Program-made: the position numbers and the translations under genes
The notes under the pieces: generated by a model
Told to the model about the DNA's origin: nothing
Database searches by the model: none
What the model saw: the letters and a program-made list of their open reading frames with translations, nothing else
Virus record (IMG/VR): IMGVR_UViG_3300030059_003698
Coordinates: 1-50,255 of that record
Strand: one strand, 5' to 3'
Length of the DNA stretch: 50,255 nt
Origin: a virus
Taxonomy: Duplodnaviria > Caudoviricetes
Part shown: positions 17,274 through 27,140 of the stretch, in pieces
How positions within the stretch are numbered: the first letter of the stretch is position 1
Layout of the letters: each line of letters opens with the position of its first letter

Positions 17274-17700
17274 ATTATCACGCCGTAGGTTTCTGCAGCT
17301 GCTTGGCGCCGCTTTCGCGTCAGGTGTCAGTGTTCCAGCGCTTTCAATTGGGCGGGAGCCATACGTGCACGTGGGGAGTTGCGTTGATTACATCGGCCCG
17401 CGTGGTAAAGACTCGCGTTCATTCATCGGCGGCAAGGCTGTTCGTGCTGTTCATCCCTGGGACGGCACCGGCTTCCCAGTGGATCTACATAACGGCTTTT
17501 TCAGCAGGCATGGCGCGTTAGAGCGTTTCTACGATTTTGAGCTATGCAATTTCAGTGAGGAGGTGCCGCCCAGGTTTTGGCATAGCGAAGAAAATCGCCG
17601 CCTGTATAACAACGTTCACACCTACGTCAGAACCAAGCGCTTTGGCGAATCAATTGAAGAGGCCGTGAAGGCTTTGAATTTATATGGTGCACGCTCATGA
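17266..17700 (+). CDS. Protein with twin-arginine (Tat)-like signal peptide
   Basis: LSRRRFLQLLGAAFASGVSVPALS. Confidence 0.65.
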   Translation: MFELSRRRFLQLLGAAFASGVSVPALSIGREPYVHVGSCVDYIGPRGKDSRSFIGGKAVRAVHPWDGTGFPVDLHNGFFSRHGALERFYDFELCNFSEEVPPRFWHSEENRRLYNNVHTYVRTKRFGESIEEAVKALNLYGARS

Positions 17701-18203
17701 GCCTACCTATTAAAGCGACACGCCGACCCCGCAAATTGAAAGCAGACGGCACGCCCCGCGCCCGACCAGTGGATTGGGAGGGCCAAGAGCAGGCGGTGCT
17801 AATCCGCTGGCTGCTGGGCGAGAAGAAGCGCGGGGAGTTGGTAGGTCAGCTATACGACGCCATCTACCATGTTCCCAATGGTGGCCAACGCAGCAAGAGC
17901 ACCGGCGCGGCGATGAAGCGGCAGGGCGTTAAGTCAGGCGTGAGTGACCTAGTGATTATGGATGCCCGCGGGGGGTGGCACGGGCTTTACATGGAATTCA
18001 AGGCATCGCCCCCGCATACCGCGGCCCTTGCCGATAGCCAGCATGATTGGCTGGCGCTGGCCGAGGAACGCGGCTATTGCGCGGTGTTGGCCGTAGGGCT
18101 TGAAGAAGCCAAGCATGTGCTCGAGGAGTATGCGCGAATGGGGCCTTCTTATAGCCACTACACAAAAGCACCTCTTGGCGGCACCGAGTGGAGAAAGGGC
18201 TAA
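17697..18203 (+). CDS. VRR-NUC domain nuclease
   Basis: HVPNGG.R..GVKSGVSDL..LYMEFKA..Q..W. Confidence 0.9.
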   Translation: MSLPIKATRRPRKLKADGTPRARPVDWEGQEQAVLIRWLLGEKKRGELVGQLYDAIYHVPNGGQRSKSTGAAMKRQGVKSGVSDLVIMDARGGWHGLYMEFKASPPHTAALADSQHDWLALAEERGYCAVLAVGLEEAKHVLEEYARMGPSYSHYTKAPLGGTEWRKG

Positions 18204-18865
18204 TGGGCATGGCATTGATGAAAGAAGAGGCTGAATCTATGGCGCGTGACTATCAGCGTATGGGCATTCGTGAACTGAGAGAGCATGCGCGCAGTACCCA
18301 CCCAGAGCATGATCCGGAAGCGGCGCGGGCGTTTGTAGATCGTATAATTGATATGGAGGCAGAGCGCCTTACATGGCACTGGCACGAGAACCAGGGCTAT
18401 CAGCCGTTTAGCTCTGCCGCGAAGGCGGGCGAGCAGCCGGGCGGAGGATCGGCTGCCGCAGAGCCCTTAGCTATTGCCTATGAGCGAGGCATGCGGGTAC
18501 ATGCGGGTCACGAGTTCGCAAGGGAGTGGCTGGAAGCGGCTCGATTACGCCCACGCGCTAGGCTGGCGGTGTTGATCCGCGCCGCTAAGCTCTACCCGAT
18601 GGCGGCACAGCAGCAAGCGCTATGGGCCAAGAGCTATGATTTCATTGCCCAGCACTTGCCTATTTATTCGCGCATGCTGCAAATGGGGTCGCTTTCGACC
18701 ATGACTGAGATCAAGCAGGTTGAGGTGGTTCGGGTCACTGAGAAAGAAACGTACCGGCGTTCGCGCAATGAGCATAAGAGCGTGCCGATCTTCAAGAACG
18801 GGCAGGCGGTGAAGGATGCCGCTAAGCAGGCGAGGGTACAGCTATTGCTTCTGGCGCAGGTCTGA
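18203..18865 (+). CDS. Putative late antiterminator (Q-like, assigned by position)
   Basis: Last early gene, directly before a pR'-like promoter, a terminator and the lysis genes. Confidence 0.55.
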   Translation: MGMALMKEEAESMARDYQRMGIRELREHARSTHPEHDPEAARAFVDRIIDMEAERLTWHWHENQGYQPFSSAAKAGEQPGGGSAAAEPLAIAYERGMRVHAGHEFAREWLEAARLRPRARLAVLIRAAKLYPMAAQQQALWAKSYDFIAQHLPIYSRMLQMGSLSTMTEIKQVEVVRVTEKETYRRSRNEHKSVPIFKNGQAVKDAAKQARVQLLLLAQV

Positions 18866-18876
18866 AACACCAGATG

Positions 18877-18905
18877 TTGTATTAACTCCACGACTGATCT
18901 ACTAT
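18877..18905 (+). promoter_or_regulatory. Late promoter, pR'-like
   Basis: TTGTAT-N17-TACTAT. Confidence 0.7.
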
Positions 18906-18950
18906 GTTTCTAGGCTGGCGCTCAATGACGCTAGCCGCCACACACACCAT

Positions 18951-18981
18951 AAAGCCCTGCCGGTCACCCGGCGGGGCTTTT
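18951..18981 (+). terminator. tR'-like terminator
   Basis: AAAGCCCTGCCGG-TCAC-CCGGCGGGGCTTTT. Confidence 0.8.
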
Positions 18982-18989
18982 GCGTTTCT

Positions 18990-19065
18990 AGCGGTCGAGA
19001 CAGCCGGTTAAGTCGCTGGGCTCATAACCCGGAGATACGTGGTTCGATTCCACGGGCCGCTACCA
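18990..19065 (+). tRNA. tRNA with CAT anticodon, initiator(fMet)-like, with non-canonical positions
   Basis: Acceptor AGCGGTC/GGCCGCT, anticodon arm CTGGG-CTCATAA-CCCGG, T arm CGTGG-TTCGATT-CCACG, encoded CCA. Confidence 0.85.
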
Positions 19066-19134
19066 TTTCTCTTGCGTTGCCACCTGGCGCGCCTTGCCCC
19101 TTCGTGTTGGGGCCTTTCTATTCCTGAGGTCGTC

Positions 19135-19665
19135 ATGTCTGCTCACTCGCCTGCCCATTGGTACGACGAGGCGGAACTGCTGCGCCTTGAGCCAGCGCCG
19201 CCTAAGGGTACGCGAGCGGGCAACGTGGCCGCGTTCCTCGACATGCTGGCATATGCAGAGGGCACACCTCGATATGGTAACCAAGACGGCTATAACGTAA
19301 TTGTCGGCGGCGGCACCTTTGAGAGCTACCACGATCACCCCCGGCAGTTGGTCTGGTTGCCTGCTTATAAGATCAAATCCAGCGCTGCTGGGCGCTATCA
19401 GTTCCTGACTCGCACCTGGGATGATCTCGCTAAACGATTCCATCTGCCTGACTTCTCTCCCGCTAGTCAGGATCTAGGCGCCATTCACCTGATCCGCCAA
19501 TGCCAAGCGCTCTCGCTGATTCATGATGGCCGAATTCGTGAAGCCATTCATGCATGTCGGCGTATCTGGGCGAGCCTGCCAGGTGCTGGCTATGGTCAGC
19601 GTGAATTAGCTACTGATGAGCTGCTGGGCGTGTACGAAACTGTCGGCGGCATTTCCATCGATTAA
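19135..19665 (+). CDS. Endolysin, lambda R-like lysozyme/transglycosylase
   Basis: AAFLDMLAYAEGT..YNVIVGG..HP..SSAAGRYQFL..DFSPASQD..WASLPGAGYGQRE. Confidence 0.93.
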   Translation: MSAHSPAHWYDEAELLRLEPAPPKGTRAGNVAAFLDMLAYAEGTPRYGNQDGYNVIVGGGTFESYHDHPRQLVWLPAYKIKSSAAGRYQFLTRTWDDLAKRFHLPDFSPASQDLGAIHLIRQCQALSLIHDGRIREAIHACRRIWASLPGAGYGQRELATDELLGVYETVGGISID

Positions 19666-19693
19666 CTGACGAGGCCCGCCCGAGAGGTGCGCC

Positions 19694-20056
19694 ATGAACA
19701 AACGATCTAAAGAGAAACGCACCATGCCACATCGTGATCCAAACAATTGGCAGTGGCTGCTCGATTATCTGTCTATCGCTATTGCCTCCATCCTGACGTT
19801 TGCGATGGCCTTCATTCGTGGTGTTCACGAGGGAGGCAGCCTCAAGAAATCGCTGCTAGGTGCAGTCATGTGCACGTTATTGGCTACGCCGCTGTTCCCA
19901 GTGTTCCTGTGGATTGCTGAGTCGCAGGGGTGGCCGCCCATTAGCGCCTTCCCCCCGTGCGTATTCCTTGCGTTCCTGGGCACCGATTGGATACGTGCCA
20001 AAGCAGACGACCTTTATGAGGTTTTCATTAACTTCGTTAAGAAGTGGCTCAAATGA
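19694..20056 (+). CDS. Lambda-family (class I) holin, possible dual start (19694/19724)
   Basis: Three TM segments, FLGTDWIR motif, MPHRDPNNW start. Confidence 0.85.
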   Translation: MNKRSKEKRTMPHRDPNNWQWLLDYLSIAIASILTFAMAFIRGVHEGGSLKKSLLGAVMCTLLATPLFPVFLWIAESQGWPPISAFPPCVFLAFLGTDWIRAKADDLYEVFINFVKKWLK

Positions 20057-20469
20057 TTGCCTCGCTTCAGGCGAAAGCCATTGGCCTGGTGGTAGGTGGC
20101 TTGGCACTGCTGAGCGCATTCCTCTATTGGCAGCACATCACCTCTCAGCGAGACGCCTACCACGCTGAAGCCGAGCGCCAGCGAAGCCGTGCCGAGATAT
20201 TGCAAGAGCACCAGCAGTGGCAGCGCCAGCAGATCGAGACGTTGAGCAATGCCATGGTTGAGCGTGATCGTAAGTTAAGCGCTATCGCTGAAGACATAAG
20301 CGCCAGCACAGCCGCGCTTGATCAACTGGGAGAACAGAATGCTGAGATCCGCGCGTGGCTTGATAGGGATCTGCCTGTTGGCATTGGTGACTGGGTGCGC
20401 GAGCTCCAACGTCCAGCCGATGGAGATGCAGTGCAACGGCCCGACAGTACCCGAATACCTCACCAGTGA
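20053..20469 (+). CDS. Rz-like inner-membrane spanin
   Basis: N-terminal TM plus coiled coil; C-terminal WLDRDLP. Confidence 0.8.
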   Translation: MIASLQAKAIGLVVGGLALLSAFLYWQHITSQRDAYHAEAERQRSRAEILQEHQQWQRQQIETLSNAMVERDRKLSAIAEDISASTAALDQLGEQNAEIRAWLDRDLPVGIGDWVRELQRPADGDAVQRPDSTRIPHQ

Positions 20470-20611
20470 GCTACCCGCTCCAGCGCTAATTCTTCAAAGC
20501 CATAAAGGCTTGCTGTTGTTGCTCGCTGAGTATGAAGCGATGCGCCGCCGGTTCAATGCAGACCGAGCAGTGGTGGTCGAGATACTAACTAACGATGCAG
20601 GGGATGAGTGA
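20339..20611 (+). CDS. Rz1-like outer-membrane spanin lipoprotein
   Basis: Lipobox LVTGC; overlaps Rz in another frame; Pro-rich. Confidence 0.75.
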   Translation: MLRSARGLIGICLLALVTGCASSNVQPMEMQCNGPTVPEYLTSELPAPALILQSHKGLLLLLAEYEAMRRRFNADRAVVVEILTNDAGDE

Positions 20612-20707
20612 TGCCACTACCCAACAACCGCGCCTTCTGGCTGTTAGCTGCCGCTGTTGCGCAGGTCGCCCGGTTCTTCCGTTGGCTTAAGAAACTCCTG
20701 TCAGCAA

Positions 20708-21073
20708 ATGCCTAGCTCGCCACCACGCCCATGCCGTGCACCAATGTGTGCAGGCAAAACCACGCACAAGCACGGCTACTGCGATAAGCACGCCGACCAA
20801 GCAGTCACCTGGAAGAAGTCACCCACAGCTAAGCAGGATCGCGGCGGCAGGCCATGGCGTCGCAAGCGCCAGCGCATACTGCAGCGTGATAAAGGCCTGT
20901 GCCAGCCGTGTCTGCACCTAGGTATTTACACCCCAGCCGTTGAGGTTGACCACATCGTCAATATCGCCTCAGGCGGCACCGACAGCGACGACAATTTGCA
21001 GGCGATATGCGACCCGTGCCACAAGGCCAAGACGCAGGCAGAGGCGCGCCGGGGGCGTGGCGAAGACGCCTGA
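20708..21073 (+). CDS. Packaging-associated HNH endonuclease (HK97 gp74-like)
   Basis: LCQPC..EVDHIV..GGTD..NLQAICDPCHKAKT, upstream of terS. Confidence 0.9.
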   Translation: MPSSPPRPCRAPMCAGKTTHKHGYCDKHADQAVTWKKSPTAKQDRGGRPWRRKRQRILQRDKGLCQPCLHLGIYTPAVEVDHIVNIASGGTDSDDNLQAICDPCHKAKTQAEARRGRGEDA

Positions 21074-21165
21074 GGGGGAGGGGGGGGGCAAATCCCTACA
21101 GCCCTGCGTCAGCGGACACCGACGCCACCATTAGATTTTTATACCCGCGAAATTGAAAAATCAGG
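21074..21165. other. Probable cos region
   Basis: G-run then intergenic sequence between the HNH gene and terS, the usual position in HK97-like cos phages; cut site not determinable. Confidence 0.45.
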
Positions 21166-21185
21166 TCGGCGCGAGGAATTAGCAA

Positions 21186-21656
21186 ATGACAAGAGGTCGC
21201 AAACCTAAACCGAGCCACCTGAAAGCGGTGCAAGGCAACGCCGGAAAGCGTGGTGTGAACCACGATGAACCCGAAGGTGAAGAGCTCACCGAAGTGCCGC
21301 TTCCGCCGGATTGGCTTGATCCGATCGGCATTCAAATGTGGGAGAAAATTGGCCCTTGGCTAGTGAGCTCCAAGATCCTCACCGGATCTGACCTTGCCAA
21401 CTTGGAAGCCTACTGCGCTGCTTATGCGCGGTGGCGAAAGGCTGAAGCCGACATCGCCAAGAACGGCATCACGGTGCAGGGCATGAACTCCGAAGTGAAG
21501 AACCCCGCCTGCACCGTGGCGAATGAATCCCTCAAGCAGCTTGTGACGTTTGGCAGCGCCTTAGGCTTGGATCCTTCTAGCCGGTCGCGTCTCGCCATAC
21601 CTGGCGCGAAAGATGCCGGTAACCCATTCAAAGACCTCATAGGCAAAAAGCGATGA
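21186..21656 (+). CDS. terS: Terminase small subunit, P27 family
   Basis: GRKPKP..GNAGKR..PPDWL..KNPA..LGLDPSSRSRL. Confidence 0.93.
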   Translation: MTRGRKPKPSHLKAVQGNAGKRGVNHDEPEGEELTEVPLPPDWLDPIGIQMWEKIGPWLVSSKILTGSDLANLEAYCAAYARWRKAEADIAKNGITVQGMNSEVKNPACTVANESLKQLVTFGSALGLDPSSRSRLAIPGAKDAGNPFKDLIGKKR

Positions 21657-21662
21657 AGCTCC

Positions 21663-23378
21663 ATGGCCAGCTACCCGAACGTCAACGCCGCGAACAAGTA
21701 CGCTCGGGACGTAGTGGCCAAAAAGATTCCCGCGTGCAAGGAGGTACGGCAGGCCTGCCAACGCCACCTGGACGATCTCAAGGCGCAGAAGTCCCGATCA
21801 TATCCGTACCGGTTCGATAAGGAAGAAGCCGAACGGTGTTGTGACTTCATTCAACTACTGCCACACACCAAGGGCCGATGGGCGCGTGAGAAGCGGCTCA
21901 TCACGCTTGAGCCCTGGCAACTGTTTATCGTTGCTTGCATTTTTGGTTGGCTCAAAAAGAAAACCGGACTACGCCGCTTTTCAGAGGCATACATTGAAGT
22001 AGAGCGTAAGAACGGCAAATCAGTGTTGGCAGCTGCGATTGCCAACCTGCTGTTTTGCGCCGATGGCGAGTACGGCGCAGAAGTCTACTGTGGCGCGACC
22101 ACAGAGAAACAAGCCTGGGAAGTGTTTCGGCCTGCACGCTTGATGCTGAAGAAGTCGCCCGCGCTGGTCAGTGCGGCCGGCATCGAGATCATGGCCAAGA
22201 ACATCTCGATACCAGAGGACGGTTCGCGGTTAGAGCCATTGATTGGTGATCCAGGTGACGGCTCCTCGCCAAGCGGCTCGATAGTCGATGAGTTCCACGA
22301 ACACGATAAGCCCAACCTGTACGACACCATGGCTACCGGCATGGGGTCACGCGATCAGGGGCTAATGTTCATCATTACCACCGCGGGCTTCAACCTGGCC
22401 GGGCCTTGTTACGACAAGCGCCGTCAGGCGCAGCAAATGCTTGATAAATCGCTGCCGAATGATGAGCTGTTCGCCGTTATTTATACCATTGATGCTGGCG
22501 ACGATTGGAAAGACCCCGCGATACTGCGCAAGGCTAACCCCAACTTCGGTATATCGGTGGGGGAAGAGTTCTTACTCAAGGCCCAACGCGACGCAGTTCG
22601 CTACCCCAGCCGACAAAACAGCTTCCTCACTAAGCACCTGAATGTCTGGGTGAGTGCGCGCACTGCGTGGCTCAACATGGCCAGCTGGCACGCGCTGGGT
22701 GATGAGTCGTTAAAGATAGAAGACTTCATCGGCCAGGCCTGCTGGTTAGGCGTGGATCTCGCCAGTAAGACCGACATCGCAAGCATCGCGCTGCTGTTCC
22801 GTGACGAAGTGCCCGACAAGAAAGGGCGCATGAAAACCCGCTGGACGGTGTTCGTTCGTAACTACCTGCCGGAAGGCGCGGTGGAACGGGCCAGCAACAA
22901 CAAGGCCGCTTATGAAACCTGGGTGAATAGCGGTGACCTGATTATCACCGATGGTGAAGAGCTCGACTTCGATGTGATCCGCGATGACATCAAAGACCTG
23001 GCGGGCTTATTCGAGATCACAGAAATTGCCTACGACCCCTGGCGTGCTACCCAGCTTGCCCACCAGTTAATGGCAGACGGCGCGAGCATCGTCGAGTACC
23101 GCAACACTGTTCAAAACATGAGCCCCGCCATGCGGGAAATGGAAGCCGCTATCACAGGCGGGCGCTTCCGGCATGCCAAGGATCCGGTGCTTACCTGGAT
23201 GGCCAGCAACGTGGTCGCCAAGGCAGACGCCAAAGACAACATCTACCCACGCAAAGAAAAGCCCGACAACAAGATCGACGGCATCATCGCCATCTTGATG
23301 GCGCTCGGTCGCGCCGTGCTCACCGAAAACGACGAGCCGGAAGAATCCATTCATGACACCTCGGACGTTACATGCTGA
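21663..23378 (+). CDS. terL: Terminase large subunit
   Basis: LEPWQ, Walker A RKNGKS, Walker B IVDEFHEH, ITTAG; nuclease motifs GVDLA, YDPW, KIDG. Confidence 0.97.
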   Translation: MASYPNVNAANKYARDVVAKKIPACKEVRQACQRHLDDLKAQKSRSYPYRFDKEEAERCCDFIQLLPHTKGRWAREKRLITLEPWQLFIVACIFGWLKKKTGLRRFSEAYIEVERKNGKSVLAAAIANLLFCADGEYGAEVYCGATTEKQAWEVFRPARLMLKKSPALVSAAGIEIMAKNISIPEDGSRLEPLIGDPGDGSSPSGSIVDEFHEHDKPNLYDTMATGMGSRDQGLMFIITTAGFNLAGPCYDKRRQAQQMLDKSLPNDELFAVIYTIDAGDDWKDPAILRKANPNFGISVGEEFLLKAQRDAVRYPSRQNSFLTKHLNVWVSARTAWLNMASWHALGDESLKIEDFIGQACWLGVDLASKTDIASIALLFRDEVPDKKGRMKTRWTVFVRNYLPEGAVERASNNKAAYETWVNSGDLIITDGEELDFDVIRDDIKDLAGLFEITEIAYDPWRATQLAHQLMADGASIVEYRNTVQNMSPAMREMEAAITGGRFRHAKDPVLTWMASNVVAKADAKDNIYPRKEKPDNKIDGIIAILMALGRAVLTENDEPEESIHDTSDVTC

Positions 23379-23569
23379 TCAATCTCATCACCTTCACCGT
23401 CGGCCTGCTGGGTGTCGGGTTAATGGCCTTTGGCGCGGGGCTCATTCTGCCCGCCGCGGGCTATATCGTCGCGGGCAGCTTCTGCCTGTTCTGGTCGTGG
23501 CTGGCTTCCAAAGCAGCGGCCCAGGCAAACCAACCGCCACCGGTCACCAAAAACGAAGAGGATAGCTAA
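23372..23569 (+). CDS. Small two-TM protein between terL and portal
   Basis: Hydrophobic 65 aa, typical of HK97-like head modules. Confidence 0.7.
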   Translation: MLINLITFTVGLLGVGLMAFGAGLILPAAGYIVAGSFCLFWSWLASKAAAQANQPPPVTKNEEDS

Positions 23570-24846
23570 TGTTCTGGCCCAGCCTCTTCAACTCACGCGC
23601 CACCGGCAGCCCGCAGAAAAGCCAGGATTGGACAGGTAATTGGGTGAGCTCCAACACCAGCCGCCAAAGCGCCGCCGGTACCATGGTGAATACTGAAACC
23701 GCCCTGGGTGTCAGCGCATTACGCGGCTGCGTCACGTTGCTAGCTGAGTCGCTGGCGCAGTTGCCCTGTGAGCTCTACCGCCGCGACGATAAAGGCGGGC
23801 GCGAGCGTGCGACCGATCACCCTCTTTATGACGTGATCCACAGCCAGCCCAACCGAAAAGACACCACGTTCGAGTATTACGAACAAGGCATGGGCCACCT
23901 GGCGCTGGAAGGAAACGAGTTCTCACTGATTGAGCGCGATGGCGCTGGCTACCCAATAGAACTAATCCCCATCCACCCTAAAAAGGTAGGGGTGCTCAAA
24001 GGCCAGGATGGGCTGCCTTACTACCAGATGCTGGATTACAAAAACCAGATACTGCCGATGCGCTCAGTGCATCACGTTAAGGCGTTCTCACTTGATGGCT
24101 ATGTTGGCATATCGCCCATCGCTACCAACGCGGACACCATTGGCTTAGCCATGGCTACGGATCGTCACGCTTCCGCGGTATTTCAGCGTGGCGCGACAAT
24201 GGCGGGGGTGATCGAGCGCCCGCGTGAATCGCCAGCGATTAAAGACCAAGCAAATGTCGACCGAGTTTTAGATAAGTTTACCGAGCGGCATGGCGGCGGC
24301 CTTCGCAACATCTTCTCAGTGGCAATGCTCCAGGAGGGCATGCAGTACAAGCAGCTAGCGATGGACAACGAAAAAGCGCAGCTGCTGGAGTCACGCAATT
24401 TCGGCGTCGTGGAAGTTTGCCGCCTGTATCGCGTCGCGCCCAACATGATCCAGCACCTGGACAAAGCCACGTTCAACAACATTGAGCACCTTGGGCTGCA
24501 GTTCGTCATCTACACATTGATGCCATGGATCAAGCGCAAAGAGGCCGCGATGATGCGCGACCTGCTCATCCCCAGCGAGCGCAAAAACCTTTACATCGAA
24601 TTCAACGTATCCGGCCTGCTGCGCGGTGACCAGAAGTCACGCTATGAAGCCTATGCCATTGCCCGCCAGTGGGGCTGGCTCAGCGTTAACGACATTCGCC
24701 GCTTGGAAAACATGCCGCCTATCAAGGGAGGCGATCGCTACCTGAGCCCCATGAACATGGTGGATTCACAGCAGATGCAGAACTCGCTGAATGCCACGCC
24801 CCAACAAATGCAAGAGATCGAGGGAATACTCGCATGCACGCAATGA
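23569..24846 (+). CDS. HK97-family portal protein
   Basis: HPLY..PN, GISPI, ATFNNIEH, LLRGD..RY, N.IRRLENMPPI.GGD. Confidence 0.96.
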   Translation: MFWPSLFNSRATGSPQKSQDWTGNWVSSNTSRQSAAGTMVNTETALGVSALRGCVTLLAESLAQLPCELYRRDDKGGRERATDHPLYDVIHSQPNRKDTTFEYYEQGMGHLALEGNEFSLIERDGAGYPIELIPIHPKKVGVLKGQDGLPYYQMLDYKNQILPMRSVHHVKAFSLDGYVGISPIATNADTIGLAMATDRHASAVFQRGATMAGVIERPRESPAIKDQANVDRVLDKFTERHGGGLRNIFSVAMLQEGMQYKQLAMDNEKAQLLESRNFGVVEVCRLYRVAPNMIQHLDKATFNNIEHLGLQFVIYTLMPWIKRKEAAMMRDLLIPSERKNLYIEFNVSGLLRGDQKSRYEAYAIARQWGWLSVNDIRRLENMPPIKGGDRYLSPMNMVDSQQMQNSLNATPQQMQEIEGILACTQ

Positions 24847-25772
24847 TCAACTACCCGCACATCGCGTCCATGGTGTTTAACACACCGCTGTACGCTACCC
24901 CAACGCTCGTGCAAGCCGTGCGCAACGTGTTGGAGCCTCGCTTGCTAGGGCGCGCTAACGACCTACCGCAAAGCCTGGGTATGGATTCCGGCCACGGTGA
25001 AGATCGCGAAATGCAGAACCTGCAGGTGTCGGGTCGCATCGCCGTCATTCCCGTGCACGGGGTGTTGGTGGCGCGGCGTGGCCACATCACTGCCGCCTGT
25101 GAAGAGCTGCTTTCCTACGAGCGTTTGCGCAGCCAAATCAACGCCGCGCTGAAGCATGAAATGGTTGAAGAGATCGTGCTCGATTTCCACACCGGTGGTG
25201 GCCACGCAATGGGCTGTAAAGAGCTCGCCGATTTTATCCGTGCCAGTACGGCCATCAAGCCCATCACGGCGTTGGTTAACTTCGCTGCCTACTCAGCGGG
25301 CTACTACTTGGCGTCGGCCTGTTCTCGCATTGTCGCCAGCCCCACCGCGGGCGTGGGCTCCATCGGCGTGATTATCGAGACCTACGAAGTCAGCCGCTGG
25401 GAAGAAGAGATCGGTATTAAGTACAACACCTACTATCGCGGCGACCACAAGAACAACGCCTCCCCTCATGAGCCGATCACCGACCAAGCCGTGCAGGAGA
25501 TTAACGGAATGTTGGATGTCGCCTATAGCGAATTCACAGAAGCCGTGGCCAGCTTCCGCGGGCTGGATGTGTCCGCCATCGTTGATACCCAGGCACGGCT
25601 GTTCCGGCCAAAAGAAGCGCTTGCCCTCAAACTCATCGATGAGATCGCCCCCGCACAAGACGCCATTGACACCATCGCGCAGCGCTACACCAGCAACACA
25701 AGCACCACCCCACGAAATAACCGAAGCATTCGCGCCCAGGCGCGGGCGCTTGACACCAGTTGTCAGCTCTAG
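24843..25772 (+). CDS. S49-family prohead protease
   Basis: IAVIPVHG.L, D..TGGG, AYSAGYYLASA, VGSIGV. Confidence 0.92.
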   Translation: MINYPHIASMVFNTPLYATPTLVQAVRNVLEPRLLGRANDLPQSLGMDSGHGEDREMQNLQVSGRIAVIPVHGVLVARRGHITAACEELLSYERLRSQINAALKHEMVEEIVLDFHTGGGHAMGCKELADFIRASTAIKPITALVNFAAYSAGYYLASACSRIVASPTAGVGSIGVIIETYEVSRWEEEIGIKYNTYYRGDHKNNASPHEPITDQAVQEINGMLDVAYSEFTEAVASFRGLDVSAIVDTQARLFRPKEALALKLIDEIAPAQDAIDTIAQRYTSNTSTTPRNNRSIRAQARALDTSCQL

Positions 25773-25841
25773 CCACGCGGCGGAGCGACATCACGGCGGC
25801 CATGAGCCGCCTTTTTTGTGCCTAAAAGAAGAGGAAGTACC

Positions 25842-27140
25842 ATGCCTAATATCGAAGAACTCCGCCGCAAGCGTGCCGAGATTAACGCGCAAGTGCAGGC
25901 GCTGGCCGCTGTTGAAATGGAAGCGGGTGAGCTGAACGAAGAGCAGCTGGCTGAATTTGAAAAGCTGGCCACCGAGTTTGATGAAATCAGCGCCAAGCTT
26001 TCCCGCGCTGAAAACATCGAACGCATGAATGCCGCTTCCGCCGAAACAGTACCCGCCTTTGGTGGTGGTCAATCGGCCGCGGTGCATATCAAGCCAGAGC
26101 TTAAGCAGTATACCGGTGCCAAGGTGGCGCGTATGGCCATGGCTGTGGCAGCGGGTAAGGGCGATATGCAGCTCGCCGCCAAGTTCGCTAGCGGTGAAAT
26201 CGGCGATGCCGAAGTAGCGATGGCAATCGAAACCAGCGCAGGCTCCGGCGGCTCACTGGTGCCAGAGAACTTGCATACTGAAGTGATTGAATTGCTTCGC
26301 CCCAAAACCATCGTGCGTAGCCTGGGCGCCCGCTCCATGCCGTTGCCTAACGGCAACTTGAGCATTCCGCGCATGGCATCGGGTGCAAGCTCCAGCTACG
26401 TGGGCGAGGGCGCGGAGGTGCTAGCGAGCGAGGCCAACACTGACGATGTAAAGCTGAACGCCAAAACCATGATCACACTGGTGCCAATGAGCAACCAGTT
26501 GATTGGGCGTGCAGGGTTTCAGGTAGAGCAGATCTTCCTTAACGACATGCTGGCCAGTATGGCGGTGCGGGAAGATAAAGGTTTCCTACGTGATGATGGG
26601 ACCAACAACACCCCCACCGGCTTCCGCGCCACGTGTGTGGCAGAAGGGCGCGTTGTGCCGTGGTCAGGCACGGCAGATCTGGCGACCATTGACGACTACC
26701 TAGACAGCATGATGCTCAAGCTAATGGAGAGCGATAGCTTGTTGATTGAGCCGGGCTGGGGCCTGTCGCCGCGCACCTTTATGAAACTATTCGGTATGCG
26801 TGATGGCAACGGCAATAAGGTCTACCCCGAAATGGCACAAGGCCAGCTGAAGGGCTACCCCATCCGCCACACCACCACCATCCCAGTGAACCTGGATACC
26901 TCGGGTGATCTGAACAACAACGAAACCGAGATCTACTTCGCAGACTTTAACGATGTGATCATCGGTGACAGTGATGTGATGACCATCGACTTCAGCCGTG
27001 AAGCCACCTACAAAAATGGTAGCGGTGAATTGGTGTCCGCCTTTACTCACAACCAGTCGATTTTGCGTGTAGTGAAGGAACACGATATTGCCTTCCGTCA
27101 CCCAGAGGGCTTGGTGCTGGGTACCGAAGTCACCTGGTAA
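25842..27140 (+). CDS. HK97-fold major capsid protein with N-terminal delta domain
   Basis: Coiled-coil N-terminus; GGSLVPE, YVGEG, P.GF, RDGNG, FADF motifs. Confidence 0.95.
   Translation: MPNIEELRRKRAEINAQVQALAAVEMEAGELNEEQLAEFEKLATEFDEISAKLSRAENIERMNAASAETVPAFGGGQSAAVHIKPELKQYTGAKVARMAMAVAAGKGDMQLAAKFASGEIGDAEVAMAIETSAGSGGSLVPENLHTEVIELLRPKTIVRSLGARSMPLPNGNLSIPRMASGASSSYVGEGAEVLASEANTDDVKLNAKTMITLVPMSNQLIGRAGFQVEQIFLNDMLASMAVREDKGFLRDDGTNNTPTGFRATCVAEGRVVPWSGTADLATIDDYLDSMMLKLMESDSLLIEPGWGLSPRTFMKLFGMRDGNGNKVYPEMAQGQLKGYPIRHTTTIPVNLDTSGDLNNNETEIYFADFNDVIIGDSDVMTIDFSREATYKNGSGELVSAFTHNQSILRVVKEHDIAFRHPEGLVLGTEVTW

Noticed and set aside
21074-21088. Poly-G tract as a phase-variation switch
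   Set aside because: Intergenic G-runs are typical of the HNH-terS cos region and this one does not affect a reading frame
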